A stretch of DNA of 64,000 nucleotides from a virus. The notes beneath the pieces were generated by a model. The model searched no databases. It was not told the origin of the DNA and was given only the letters and a program-made list of their open reading frames with translations. Location of the stretch: IMG/VR virus record IMGVR_UViG_3300042261_001653, positions 3,826-67,825 of that record; one strand, written 5' to 3'. A program made the translations under genes and the position numbers. Shown one piece after another: positions 17,348 through 26,180 of the stretch (its first letter is position 1; every line of letters starts with the position of its first letter).

Positions 17348-19549
17348 ATGAACGACACCATTAAGACTGCCGCTGCCGATCAAGAGTTTGAGTCAGCATT
17401 TTTCCAATTAGCTTACGACAAACTGCAATCAAAACTTTTCAATCTTCTACCTTATCTCGTTGGATTTGAGACAGTTACAAAGTCAGACGACAACGCTAAA
17501 GCCGTAGGTGTCTTCGGCTTTAAGAGTCAGAATGACCAAGTATTGTTGGTGCCTGTATTCTTCATTAACGGTAAAGTAAAAGAACCTGAGTTGTTGTATT
17601 CTAAAAACAATAACCAGTATTACCCGCTGAATGAAGATTTTGCCAACATGTTTTTGCAGGACGACGTTACCGGTTTAGGTCGCGTGTCAAATGAGAAAAG
17701 GCAGGCGCTAGAGCAAAGCTTAGGTGGCGTAGACTATCGCGATTTAGTATTTCCTCCTCGTACCGGCCGTATCTCTTATGCTTCGGTTATCGATTACATT
17801 AAAGAGGAAGACAATAACGTAAAGCAAGCGGCTTGGGATTGCATGGCTGAAAATCCTGACTTTCTTGAATCGATGCTTAGGTTTTATTCTGAAGGAGAAA
17901 TTGCTTCCGCTTTAGTACCTAAGGTGGCTGCTGAGAAAGTAGCCAAGGTTACTGTGGTTAGTCCTAAGGATGGCAATAAGATTCCAGCGGAAAAGAAATT
18001 GGAAGTAGCTAAAAAAGGCTACGGCATTGTTGACAATCGGCTGGACGTTGAAAAGAGTAAATGGGGACCGTTCCAATATCCTACTAAGTTTGCCAGTCCT
18101 TCAGAATCAGGTTTCTATTCGTATTTAACTCATTGTGGTACTCTACGCTATGGGTTGATTTTATTGAAGCCGTTTAAGTTAACTTCTCAGCTAGGTACGG
18201 AAGATGCCTATGTGATTGACTTATCGGCGGACAACCTAGGCTATACATATCAGACTCCAGCTAATTCAATTTTTATTCGTGAGCAAGTTAAAGTCGAGGA
18301 TTTCTCTCAGATATATAAGATGATGCAGGATCCGGCAGAAGGAAATCCCGATTTCAATAAGAAATACATCTTGATTAACGAAAAGCTTAAATGTTCTGAA
18401 GCCTTTACCATTATTCAGAATTTTAAAGATCAGCACGGCTTACGGCGATTAGTGGTGCGCCGTGAGCATGATCTTTGCAACTACAGTGACTATCACGACG
18501 ACAAGAATAACCAAGATCTAAAAACCTCCAAGCCTTGCGTTACTCGGTTTTATAAAGAGCCTAGCTATGATACGGTTACTGTTGTATTTACCAAGCTAGA
18601 AGGTGAAAGCGCAGATTTCAAAGGGCCGATCGTTTATCTACCTAAAGGATTCAAGTTACTACAGGTAAGCACAAATATTTGGGTTGATGAAAAAATCAAT
18701 TGGTCCGAAGATAGTGAAGAGACCCGGGAAAAGAAACGGCAAAAAGCCGAAGAACGCGAAGCTAAATTAAAAGAAGGTAAGCCTGGTGGCTTGTATTGCT
18801 TAACGGCGTCATTACGGGAACAACATATTTTCCCGATGTCTGTACGTACCAACGGTAGCGAATTCTTTGCCAAGATTAAGGACGTTACCAAGAAATACGA
18901 CAATGCACTGGCAGCTAAAATTGGTATGGTTATAGATTTCGGCCTGGATGAAAAGGTCGGCGAAGAATTAATTGATTCAGTTAAAATAGACCAGACTTTG
19001 AATGGAGAATTGAAGCTGGCATATACGGGTGATTATTATCCCCAGATGGTTGAGGAAGCCGGCCAAGCAGGTGAATTAGGTATTCCTACTACTTATGGTA
19101 TTCCACATTTTAACGTAGCCCCAACCAGCGGCAATACTTATACTGGTGATCCTACTCGCCGTAACATGGCGGCTAAAGATGAAGCCGGTAGCCAAGGTGG
19201 GCCTGGGAGCGCTATTCAGCAAGCTATAGGTATGGCTCAAGCCGGACAAAAGCAAATCTTCGATACCCAGTCCATCGCTGCGTTAGCTAAGTATATCAAT
19301 CCTAGCGATAAGGTTATTTCTTATATTCCAGATTTCGTAGGTACGGTAGATAAATTAGGGCGTATCTTATTTATGGTTCATTGGGACATTGATAAGTTTC
19401 AAAAGATGTACGGCTACGATGAACTACCAGAGTTAATTGAACTCGTTAAAAACGTATTTAAGAACTTAGGTGATTTAATTATTTTCTTGAAACGTAAGTT
19501 CCCAGATATCAGTATCAATAGTAACGAGAGCATGCCGGACAAACTGTAA
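17348..19549 (+). CDS. Large hypothetical protein (putative virion/core protein)
   Basis: 733-aa ORF with several K-x-A motifs (IKTAA, VKQAA, EKVA, LKLAY). Confidence 0.75.
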   Translation: MNDTIKTAAADQEFESAFFQLAYDKLQSKLFNLLPYLVGFETVTKSDDNAKAVGVFGFKSQNDQVLLVPVFFINGKVKEPELLYSKNNNQYYPLNEDFANMFLQDDVTGLGRVSNEKRQALEQSLGGVDYRDLVFPPRTGRISYASVIDYIKEEDNNVKQAAWDCMAENPDFLESMLRFYSEGEIASALVPKVAAEKVAKVTVVSPKDGNKIPAEKKLEVAKKGYGIVDNRLDVEKSKWGPFQYPTKFASPSESGFYSYLTHCGTLRYGLILLKPFKLTSQLGTEDAYVIDLSADNLGYTYQTPANSIFIREQVKVEDFSQIYKMMQDPAEGNPDFNKKYILINEKLKCSEAFTIIQNFKDQHGLRRLVVRREHDLCNYSDYHDDKNNQDLKTSKPCVTRFYKEPSYDTVTVVFTKLEGESADFKGPIVYLPKGFKLLQVSTNIWVDEKINWSEDSEETREKKRQKAEEREAKLKEGKPGGLYCLTASLREQHIFPMSVRTNGSEFFAKIKDVTKKYDNALAAKIGMVIDFGLDEKVGEELIDSVKIDQTLNGELKLAYTGDYYPQMVEEAGQAGELGIPTTYGIPHFNVAPTSGNTYTGDPTRRNMAAKDEAGSQGGPGSAIQQAIGMAQAGQKQIFDTQSIAALAKYINPSDKVISYIPDFVGTVDKLGRILFMVHWDIDKFQKMYGYDELPELIELVKNVFKNLGDLIIFLKRKFPDISINSNESMPDKL

Positions 19550-19550
19550 T

Positions 19551-20324
19551 ATGGCTTTATATTTGGACGAGCTGCAAGCAGGGATAGACGGGTTTACCAA
19601 GCAGGCTGATATATTTTCAGCTGGTAATGTGAATCTATTCCCAATGATCACTTCGCAGCAAAAATGGCGTTACGCTAAAGATGGCGATAAGCTGCATTTA
19701 CATGATGGCCAACGGGTGTATTCGTTTACTGCGCCTGAGCCTTCAACTGAATTAGACTTTGAGCTGCATCGCCATGGAGACGCTACGGATGAAGTATTTG
19801 AATCAGCGACTACTAAAGGAACAGCCCAAGTACATCGTGCGGATCCGGGTTCAATTTATTTAACTTTGCACGAAGGTAAGGAAAATCCGACTTACACGTT
19901 AAAACATGTATTCGGAACTCAATGGCGTGGAATACCTAAAAAAAAGAAAGCAGTCAAGCTGGCTGATATTAATCCATCGGTAGTAGCTGAAGGCTTTGTT
20001 TCTGCCCTTACTAAAAAAGCAATCGACTTACCCGGTATATTGAATCGCGTCTTTCATGCTGGTATGCGGCCCGGCACGTCACAGTCGGTATTAATGAATG
20101 GCTTACTAGGCGCAGGCGCTGGTGGGCTATACCATGGATTAAGACAGTCTATTTATAACACACCAGAAGAAAATGCCGAAGAGAATGATGATCCTCGCAC
20201 ACTGTTGCGTAGGGTATTATTACCTGGTGTTGGTTTAGCTGGTTTAGGCGCATTACAGCAAAATATGTTTCCAAACTATTATAAGGCTTTGGAAAAGGGT
20301 CAAAAGCTAGATCCATTTAATTGA
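19551..20324 (+). CDS. Putative virion core protein, Gly-rich hydrophobic C-terminus
   Basis: IDGFTKQAD; AEGFVSALTKKAI; GLLGAGAGG helices. Confidence 0.7.
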   Translation: MALYLDELQAGIDGFTKQADIFSAGNVNLFPMITSQQKWRYAKDGDKLHLHDGQRVYSFTAPEPSTELDFELHRHGDATDEVFESATTKGTAQVHRADPGSIYLTLHEGKENPTYTLKHVFGTQWRGIPKKKKAVKLADINPSVVAEGFVSALTKKAIDLPGILNRVFHAGMRPGTSQSVLMNGLLGAGAGGLYHGLRQSIYNTPEENAEENDDPRTLLRRVLLPGVGLAGLGALQQNMFPNYYKALEKGQKLDPFN

Positions 20325-20328
20325 AGTT

Positions 20329-20649
20329 ATGTCGGATTTGGTAAGCAAACAACCCAATACCCAGATAAACCTAAATGACTTATCTGCGGCAATTAGAACT
20401 GATCCATTACTACAACCACCTCAGAAACAGAAGATTCTGGATTTTATCCGTATTCCTAACTTCGTTGACCTTCTGAAAGGTGGGGCTTTTGGGGCTGGCT
20501 TAGCTTATGCAATTTCTAAATTTTTAGGCTTAAGTAAGAAGGCTCAACTATTATTAGCGACGGCGGGTTTAGGTATAGGCAACGCTTTACTAACTGCGCA
20601 TGATCGAGTTTTTAAATATAACGCTGAACAAAAAACATACGAAGTATGA
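20329..20649 (+). CDS. Small Gly-zipper protein
   Basis: GGAFGAGLAY and AGLGIG segments. Confidence 0.65.
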   Translation: MSDLVSKQPNTQINLNDLSAAIRTDPLLQPPQKQKILDFIRIPNFVDLLKGGAFGAGLAYAISKFLGLSKKAQLLLATAGLGIGNALLTAHDRVFKYNAEQKTYEV

Positions 20650-21005
20650 CGAAGGACGATATTAAATTAGCGATTGGTACTTTGCTTAATAAAGAAGGCA
20701 AATCACTGGAAGATTTAGAATTGGCGTTGAGCAAACAGGCACAGGAAAAAAGCGCAGCTAGTGCTGCTGATATATTAACCAAGCTGTTAGGTTTTGGTGG
20801 TAATGCTTTAATGTCCTTGATTAAATGGCCTATGGCTGCCGGTGCCTTTGCTTCCATTCCTGCTGCTTATAGTGGGTATAAAATGTACGCAGCTAATCAG
20901 AATAGCGATAAAAAGATACTGGAAGCTATGGAAGAAAAGCGTAAGATCGAGGAAGCTAAAGCCGAAATCGATTCTCGTAAATTACAACAGAACTATGTTC
21001 AATAG
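20646..21005 (+). CDS. Putative virion core/membrane-inserting protein
   Basis: LSKQAQEKSAA, hydrophobic segment, coiled coil. Confidence 0.65.
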   Translation: MTKDDIKLAIGTLLNKEGKSLEDLELALSKQAQEKSAASAADILTKLLGFGGNALMSLIKWPMAAGAFASIPAAYSGYKMYAANQNSDKKILEAMEEKRKIEEAKAEIDSRKLQQNYVQ

Positions 21006-21351
21006 CGAATTTTCAGTATCTGATGTTTCTAGTCATAGCGTCCCTGATCCGGCCGGTGATTTGGAAGCAAAGCTATTTGGTCGTAAAACAGTTAAAGACA
21101 CTATCGACCAATTTGAGCGCGAGATTGGGATTGCTCCCATGCGCAAAAAAGTTAACAGCAGAATTAAATCTTGCGTGTTAGCTCCAGCCAACAACGAAGA
21201 TAACGAACTGCTGGAAACAATTTTAAATAATCGCGAAAAGTATACGATTATTGGTTCCGATAAAACATGGACTGCTCATGGAGATTATCGGTTGTTTTTA
21301 ATATACGAAGAAGTGCTTGATAAAAAAGAAGAGGTAAAAAATGGCCGTTAA
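20995..21351 (+). CDS. Hypothetical protein
   Basis: ATG 20995 (MFNSEFSV...) overlapping the upstream stop. Confidence 0.6.
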   Translation: MFNSEFSVSDVSSHSVPDPAGDLEAKLFGRKTVKDTIDQFEREIGIAPMRKKVNSRIKSCVLAPANNEDNELLETILNNREKYTIIGSDKTWTAHGDYRLFLIYEEVLDKKEEVKNGR

Positions 21352-22171
21352 TAAAATTGCAAATCCTACATTTAAAGAAAGTAATCCACAGCTAGCGTCA
21401 TTGCTTCAGTACCTGTTGTTGGGTGCTGGTGCATTTGGTGGCTTACGGTTAGGGTCGGATATTCATAACGCCCAGATGTACGGTAATGAAAAGGCTAAGG
21501 ATAAAAGCACCTTGGTTATTGATTTACCTGAAAATCGTAATCCTTATTTTAATCAGCAAAAGCAAGCAATTGAAAAAGCTGCACTTTCGTTCGATATTTT
21601 AAAAAGGCTGTTAGCCGATTACGCTATGCCGGTTGCGGCAACTGGTGCTGGATTTGTAGGTACCAAAGCACTTTATGACGCTTATCAAAAGCATAAGCTA
21701 AAGAAAGAAATCGATACGGCCAAGGCGGACTATATGAACAGCCTAGCTAATTTTAAACAAGCTTCTGAACATGTACCTACGCCAAACGTAGATAGCTTTT
21801 GTGAAGCATTGGCGACTGAAATGCATAAGCAAGCAGGTTGGAAATTACCGGCGGCTTTAGCTGGTGGTGTAGCCGGAACTAAAGCTATTGAAGCGCTGCG
21901 CAGTAATCCTTCTAATCCAAATAGCGTGCCGCAATCAGTACTGGAGAAGCTTTATCAAAAAATAGATGAAGGGTTGAGCAAGCAACGGCCTGGTTTAAAC
22001 TCTTTGCCAGGCAGTGGGCTGGCTAAGGATAGTTTTAATATTGGTTTTGGTGGCGCCGGTTTAATGGGATTATACATGCTGATTAAAGCCAACATGAAAC
22101 GCAGGGAAAAAGAGCAGAAGCGTATTTTACCCAGTTCGGTTGCATTGGATTATCAACCTACTAACGTATGA
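21341..22171 (+). CDS. Putative virion core protein with repeated K-x-A motifs and Gly-rich helices
   Basis: NKIAN, QKQA, EKAA, FKQAS, SFCEALATEMHKQAG. Confidence 0.7.
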   Translation: MAVNKIANPTFKESNPQLASLLQYLLLGAGAFGGLRLGSDIHNAQMYGNEKAKDKSTLVIDLPENRNPYFNQQKQAIEKAALSFDILKRLLADYAMPVAATGAGFVGTKALYDAYQKHKLKKEIDTAKADYMNSLANFKQASEHVPTPNVDSFCEALATEMHKQAGWKLPAALAGGVAGTKAIEALRSNPSNPNSVPQSVLEKLYQKIDEGLSKQRPGLNSLPGSGLAKDSFNIGFGGAGLMGLYMLIKANMKRREKEQKRILPSSVALDYQPTNV

Positions 22172-22686
22172 ACAAAGACGCATTCATTGACGGGTTTGTA
22201 AAAGCGGCAACACCTATTGGTTTTTGGGGTGGCCTTTATAATACTATGGCTACCCCATTTGAATGGGCTGGTAAATACTTTTCAGGCACTAAACCATTAT
22301 CTGCAACACATCCTAGCGTTCCTAAAGTTGAAGTAGCGCCGGTAAGGCTTCCAGGTGTGGGGGATTGGTGGAGAAACAAAAGCAGCTTTTTTCCTGTAAA
22401 TACAGAAGGTGAAAAAGAATGGGGTGGTTTAGGACATGCCGCAGGAATTATACAGCAACATCCTGTAGTAAAAGACTTAGCTAAATCCTGGGGAGCTTTA
22501 CCTAACCTAGCTAAATGGCTTATTCCTATGGGCGGTATGGCTTTACTTGGCGGTGCATTTCGTGGTGGTGGCGGGTCACCTAATATCACAGTAAATGTTC
22601 CTCCTGCTGGTGGTGGCAGTATTCCATCTCAAGCTATGTTTAGGACGCCTACAGCAGGTTCAGGGTTTTTCAATACTACCCAGTAA
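22168..22686 (+). CDS. MNKDAF-family protein (putative virion core)
   Basis: MNKDAFIDGFVKAAT. Confidence 0.7.
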   Translation: MNKDAFIDGFVKAATPIGFWGGLYNTMATPFEWAGKYFSGTKPLSATHPSVPKVEVAPVRLPGVGDWWRNKSSFFPVNTEGEKEWGGLGHAAGIIQQHPVVKDLAKSWGALPNLAKWLIPMGGMALLGGAFRGGGGSPNITVNVPPAGGGSIPSQAMFRTPTAGSGFFNTTQ

Positions 22687-23381
22687 TGAACACGGACATT
22701 TCACATTTACACGATTTACCTTTGCCGGACCATCTTCGTGGTTTTCATGACCCGGATAAAACTAGGCAGTGGATGCGCGAGAATGTGGTAAATGCGTTCA
22801 ACGAACATTTAAATAAAATTGAGACGCCGGACTTTAAATTAAGAGTAAAGAATATCCAAGTAGAGGATCCAAATAAACGGTTTACTCTAAAAGAGCAAAA
22901 GCAAGCGGTATTGGAACGTAAGAGTTTAACCAATACCATTAAAGGTGACATTGATTTGCTTAATAAAAAAACCGGCGAAGTAACAGGCACCAAGAAAAAT
23001 ACAGTCATTGCGCACCTACCTTGGCTTACGGATAGAAATACAGTTATTCAGGGTGGCAATGAATATCAGCTGCAAAATCAGCAACGATTAAAGCCCGGCA
23101 TTTTTACTAGGTTAAAAGAGACCGGTGAAGTAGAAGCGCACTTTAGCCCTGAAGCTGGTTCTGGTTTAGGTGGTAAGCTTATTATGGATCCAGCTAAAGC
23201 TACTTTCGTATATGAAATTGGCTCAGCGCAAGTAGGCTTATACGGCTTCTTAAAAGATATGGGTGTATCTGACGAGGAGATGAAACAAGCTTGGGGTGAC
23301 GAAATCTGGCTGGCGAATAAAAAGACTTACAAGGGCAATGAAGTTGACAAGTTCTACGCCAAAGTGTTTTCTTACGATTAG
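22686..23381 (+). CDS. rpoB: RNA polymerase beta N-terminal fragment
   Basis: IAHLPWLTDRNTVIQGGNEYQLQNQQRLKPGIF resembles beta [33 protein letters not shown]; ends GFLKDMGVSDEEM. Confidence 0.85.
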   Translation: MNTDISHLHDLPLPDHLRGFHDPDKTRQWMRENVVNAFNEHLNKIETPDFKLRVKNIQVEDPNKRFTLKEQKQAVLERKSLTNTIKGDIDLLNKKTGEVTGTKKNTVIAHLPWLTDRNTVIQGGNEYQLQNQQRLKPGIFTRLKETGEVEAHFSPEAGSGLGGKLIMDPAKATFVYEIGSAQVGLYGFLKDMGVSDEEMKQAWGDEIWLANKKTYKGNEVDKFYAKVFSYD

Positions 23382-23421
23382 CCAAATTTGACAAACACAT
23401 AGGGTTGGGTTAGTGTGACCA

Positions 23422-23778
23422 ATGTTAAAATTAATGACATTGGTCTTCTCGTTTATGGTTGCAACATTATCAGCGAATGAGGTAAATTTACCAAAGCTGG
23501 TTGACGCTATCTATATCGTAGAAGGTGGGACTAAAGCGAGTGTGCCTTATGGGATGCTAAAATATAAAGGAATGTCAAAAGAACAATTAACACCGAAATG
23601 CCTTGCATGTGTGACGCGTTACCATAAGCTGTGGAAAGCGCAAGGAAGCCAAGTTGATTTTATTGATTATCTTGGCAGTCACTATGCACCAACCAGCGGC
23701 AAAGGCGTTACAGCCTACGCAGCTAAAATAAATAAAAATTGGTCTAAAGTAGTTAAAAAAGTTTATGCAAGCCGATAA
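23422..23778 (+). CDS. Secreted lysozyme-fold/lytic transglycosylase-like protein
   Basis: Signal peptide; DAIYIVEGG..PYG; FIDYLGSHYAP; NKNW.K.V. Confidence 0.5.
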   Translation: MLKLMTLVFSFMVATLSANEVNLPKLVDAIYIVEGGTKASVPYGMLKYKGMSKEQLTPKCLACVTRYHKLWKAQGSQVDFIDYLGSHYAPTSGKGVTAYAAKINKNWSKVVKKVYASR

Positions 23779-23998
23779 CCAGGAAACTCCAGTATTACCA
23801 GCGTCACAAACTGAATTTTTAAAAAACTTGTTCGACAGTTACTCCAACAGTATCAAAGAAGCCGAAACAGCAACTGAGCAAGCCATCGCCAAAGTAGAAC
23901 AAAATATGACGACCCTACGTGGAAATAAAATTGCTCTTGCCGCACAGAAACAAGTATTGCAGGCTTTAGAGAAAGATTTAAAGAAACTGCCAGCTTGA
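23765..23998 (+). CDS. Coiled-coil hypothetical protein
   Basis: Heptad-like composition; overlapping ORF chain. Confidence 0.55.
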   Translation: MQADNQETPVLPASQTEFLKNLFDSYSNSIKEAETATEQAIAKVEQNMTTLRGNKIALAAQKQVLQALEKDLKKLPA

Positions 23999-24339
23999 TT
24001 GTTTTAGTCTTAGCTTGTTCCTGGGCCTCTGTGTGTTTTATCCTTTTACATACAGAGGCCCTTATTGAATATATAAAGGTCTTTCAATTATCTCGTTTTT
24101 TCTTCTTATCCGACTTCGACGAAATTAAGCAAACCTCGCCGAGCATGACTTATATTTCGTTCCTACTGGAATACCACAACAACTTCTTTACCCGTTTATT
24201 AGCCTGTCCAGCTTGTTTGGCGTTCTGGTTAAACCTGTTAGGCTGTGTAGCGATGCCTTGGTATTATTTAGGTTGTAGCTACTTTTTCACACTGATATTT
24301 TATTTCACCTTGGTTATACTGAGTAAATGGCACAATTAA
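23995..24339 (+). CDS. Membrane protein, DUF1360-like
   Basis: Hydrophobic helices and LLACPACLAFW motif. Confidence 0.55.
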   Translation: MIVLVLACSWASVCFILLHTEALIEYIKVFQLSRFFFLSDFDEIKQTSPSMTYISFLLEYHNNFFTRLLACPACLAFWLNLLGCVAMPWYYLGCSYFFTLIFYFTLVILSKWHN

Positions 24340-26174
24340 TTAACGATACGCTCGGCAAGATAATCAACATTACGAGCGAGGCAACGCATCAAGCCGAGTA
24401 TAAACCGGCAGCCGACGCCAATGGTCAACCAGCTCCTAAGCCCAGCCACTGTAATCTTCCCGATCTACTGGATATTAGCTTAACCTTGGATTTGCCCACA
24501 ATCACACCGATTAAAACTTGTGATTTAGACTTTGTGCCATTTCCGGTTATTCCACAATTGTTTATTCCCGACGATTTAACTTCACCTTGTGCTGATCATG
24601 GTATGACGGTGGAGATGACCTATATTCCAACCGATGGCCAAACAGTAGGTATTAATGCCAGTACCGCTTCAATGGTAACCGGTACATCGGTTGATTTTAA
24701 AACGGTTATTCCAACTACCGAGGGTTACCCGTTACCTAACATAACTGTCGATTTTCCGCTGACCGCAGACATTGTTAGCAACAATTTTACAATTATTCAC
24801 GGTGAGCAGTATCAGGTTTATGCCACTGGAGAAAATCCAGTAGAAGCTGATGACTATATTACTTATGAAAGTAAGCCCTACCATGTGGGTGATGTATTCT
24901 ACGGCAAAACCAATACGGTTGCTTCTAAATCAAGCGGCTTGGTTGGATTAAAACAAATTCAAACTCGGCGAGTAACCGATGTAAATACTTCTACTGTAAA
25001 TGTAGCCACCCCATTTTCAATTGCCGAAAACAAATCAGATTTAAGTTGGACATTGAATCGGTTCGTGGTGCAAGTAGACGATACCCGGCCGGTAAACGCA
25101 AATTTACATTTTAGACAAGTAGATCCAAACGGCTGTGACTATCAGCTATTGGGTGAACTTAACTTAAATACTCCTTGTCCCGAAGGATTTGCTTTTGATT
25201 CGCAGTACAATAGTACGGCTACAGAATATTTAACTTCAAATGGCACAGGAACGGTTACGCGTAAAGCGGGTAACACATTGACTGATTTTTCAACATTAAT
25301 TCCGCACGCTGTAGGCCAACCGTTACCTATATTGGAACTGCACGGCGAGGAAGCGACTACGCTTACGGCTAGTACGCAATATAAAGTAACCAGTGGTACC
25401 GTTACAGTAACAGGAGGTAATACTTATAATGAAGGAGAGTATATCAACCTGGCGGCTGGAGGAACAGTAACCGGCACTGGTATAGTGCGCAGAGCTTATC
25501 AAAATTACGTATCTTCAGTAACTGAAGACGCTGTAACTGTTTTGCCATTGCCTGACGGAGCTTATCCAGCTAGCGGATTAGAATCTAATAGTTGGCTATT
25601 AAATCGATTAGTGGTTAAAAATGATTCAGGCCCAAGTACATTTTTATACGTTAAGGATACGGATGACTCTTGTAGTGGAAAATTATTAGCTGAAATTAAT
25701 TTACCAGCATTAACGGTACCTTGCAAAGATGGCACAGCGGTAACATGGAAAGTTCAAGGTGGAGAGCAACTAAATCCGGTTTTTAACTATGGTTATTCCG
25801 ATTTAAATCCGTACACCAATCAGGAAATATTGACACACGAAAGTCCAATAAACCTTGGTAATGGAACTACAACCTATGACGGGTTAGCTAGTCAGTTAAA
25901 CTCCACAAATAACTCTGGTTGGACAAACAACCTGGCCAAAGCTCCACTTGTTTTTGAAGCAGATAATTCAGTGCCATGCCAGACCGCTTTGACCGTACCT
26001 AACATGACAATGTATCCGCAAATACCTTTGTTTATTCCGGGTGCCAATATAAACATGAAATTTGGTTTCATAAGTAACCGGCCAGCTATTCAAATTATTG
26101 GAACAGGCACTAGCGACAGTGGAGGAGGCAGTACATCAGCTCCATCTTGCCAAAATTGCTGCCTTTGGGCTTAA
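24327..26174 (+). CDS. Putative virion structural protein with internal repeat
   Basis: Thr/Val-rich; duplicated DF.T.IP...G.PLP...SW.LNR.VV module. Confidence 0.7.
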   Translation: MAQLINDTLGKIINITSEATHQAEYKPAADANGQPAPKPSHCNLPDLLDISLTLDLPTITPIKTCDLDFVPFPVIPQLFIPDDLTSPCADHGMTVEMTYIPTDGQTVGINASTASMVTGTSVDFKTVIPTTEGYPLPNITVDFPLTADIVSNNFTIIHGEQYQVYATGENPVEADDYITYESKPYHVGDVFYGKTNTVASKSSGLVGLKQIQTRRVTDVNTSTVNVATPFSIAENKSDLSWTLNRFVVQVDDTRPVNANLHFRQVDPNGCDYQLLGELNLNTPCPEGFAFDSQYNSTATEYLTSNGTGTVTRKAGNTLTDFSTLIPHAVGQPLPILELHGEEATTLTASTQYKVTSGTVTVTGGNTYNEGEYINLAAGGTVTGTGIVRRAYQNYVSSVTEDAVTVLPLPDGAYPASGLESNSWLLNRLVVKNDSGPSTFLYVKDTDDSCSGKLLAEINLPALTVPCKDGTAVTWKVQGGEQLNPVFNYGYSDLNPYTNQEILTHESPINLGNGTTTYDGLASQLNSTNNSGWTNNLAKAPLVFEADNSVPCQTALTVPNMTMYPQIPLFIPGANINMKFGFISNRPAIQIIGTGTSDSGGGSTSAPSCQNCCLWA

Positions 26175-26180
26175 TAATCT

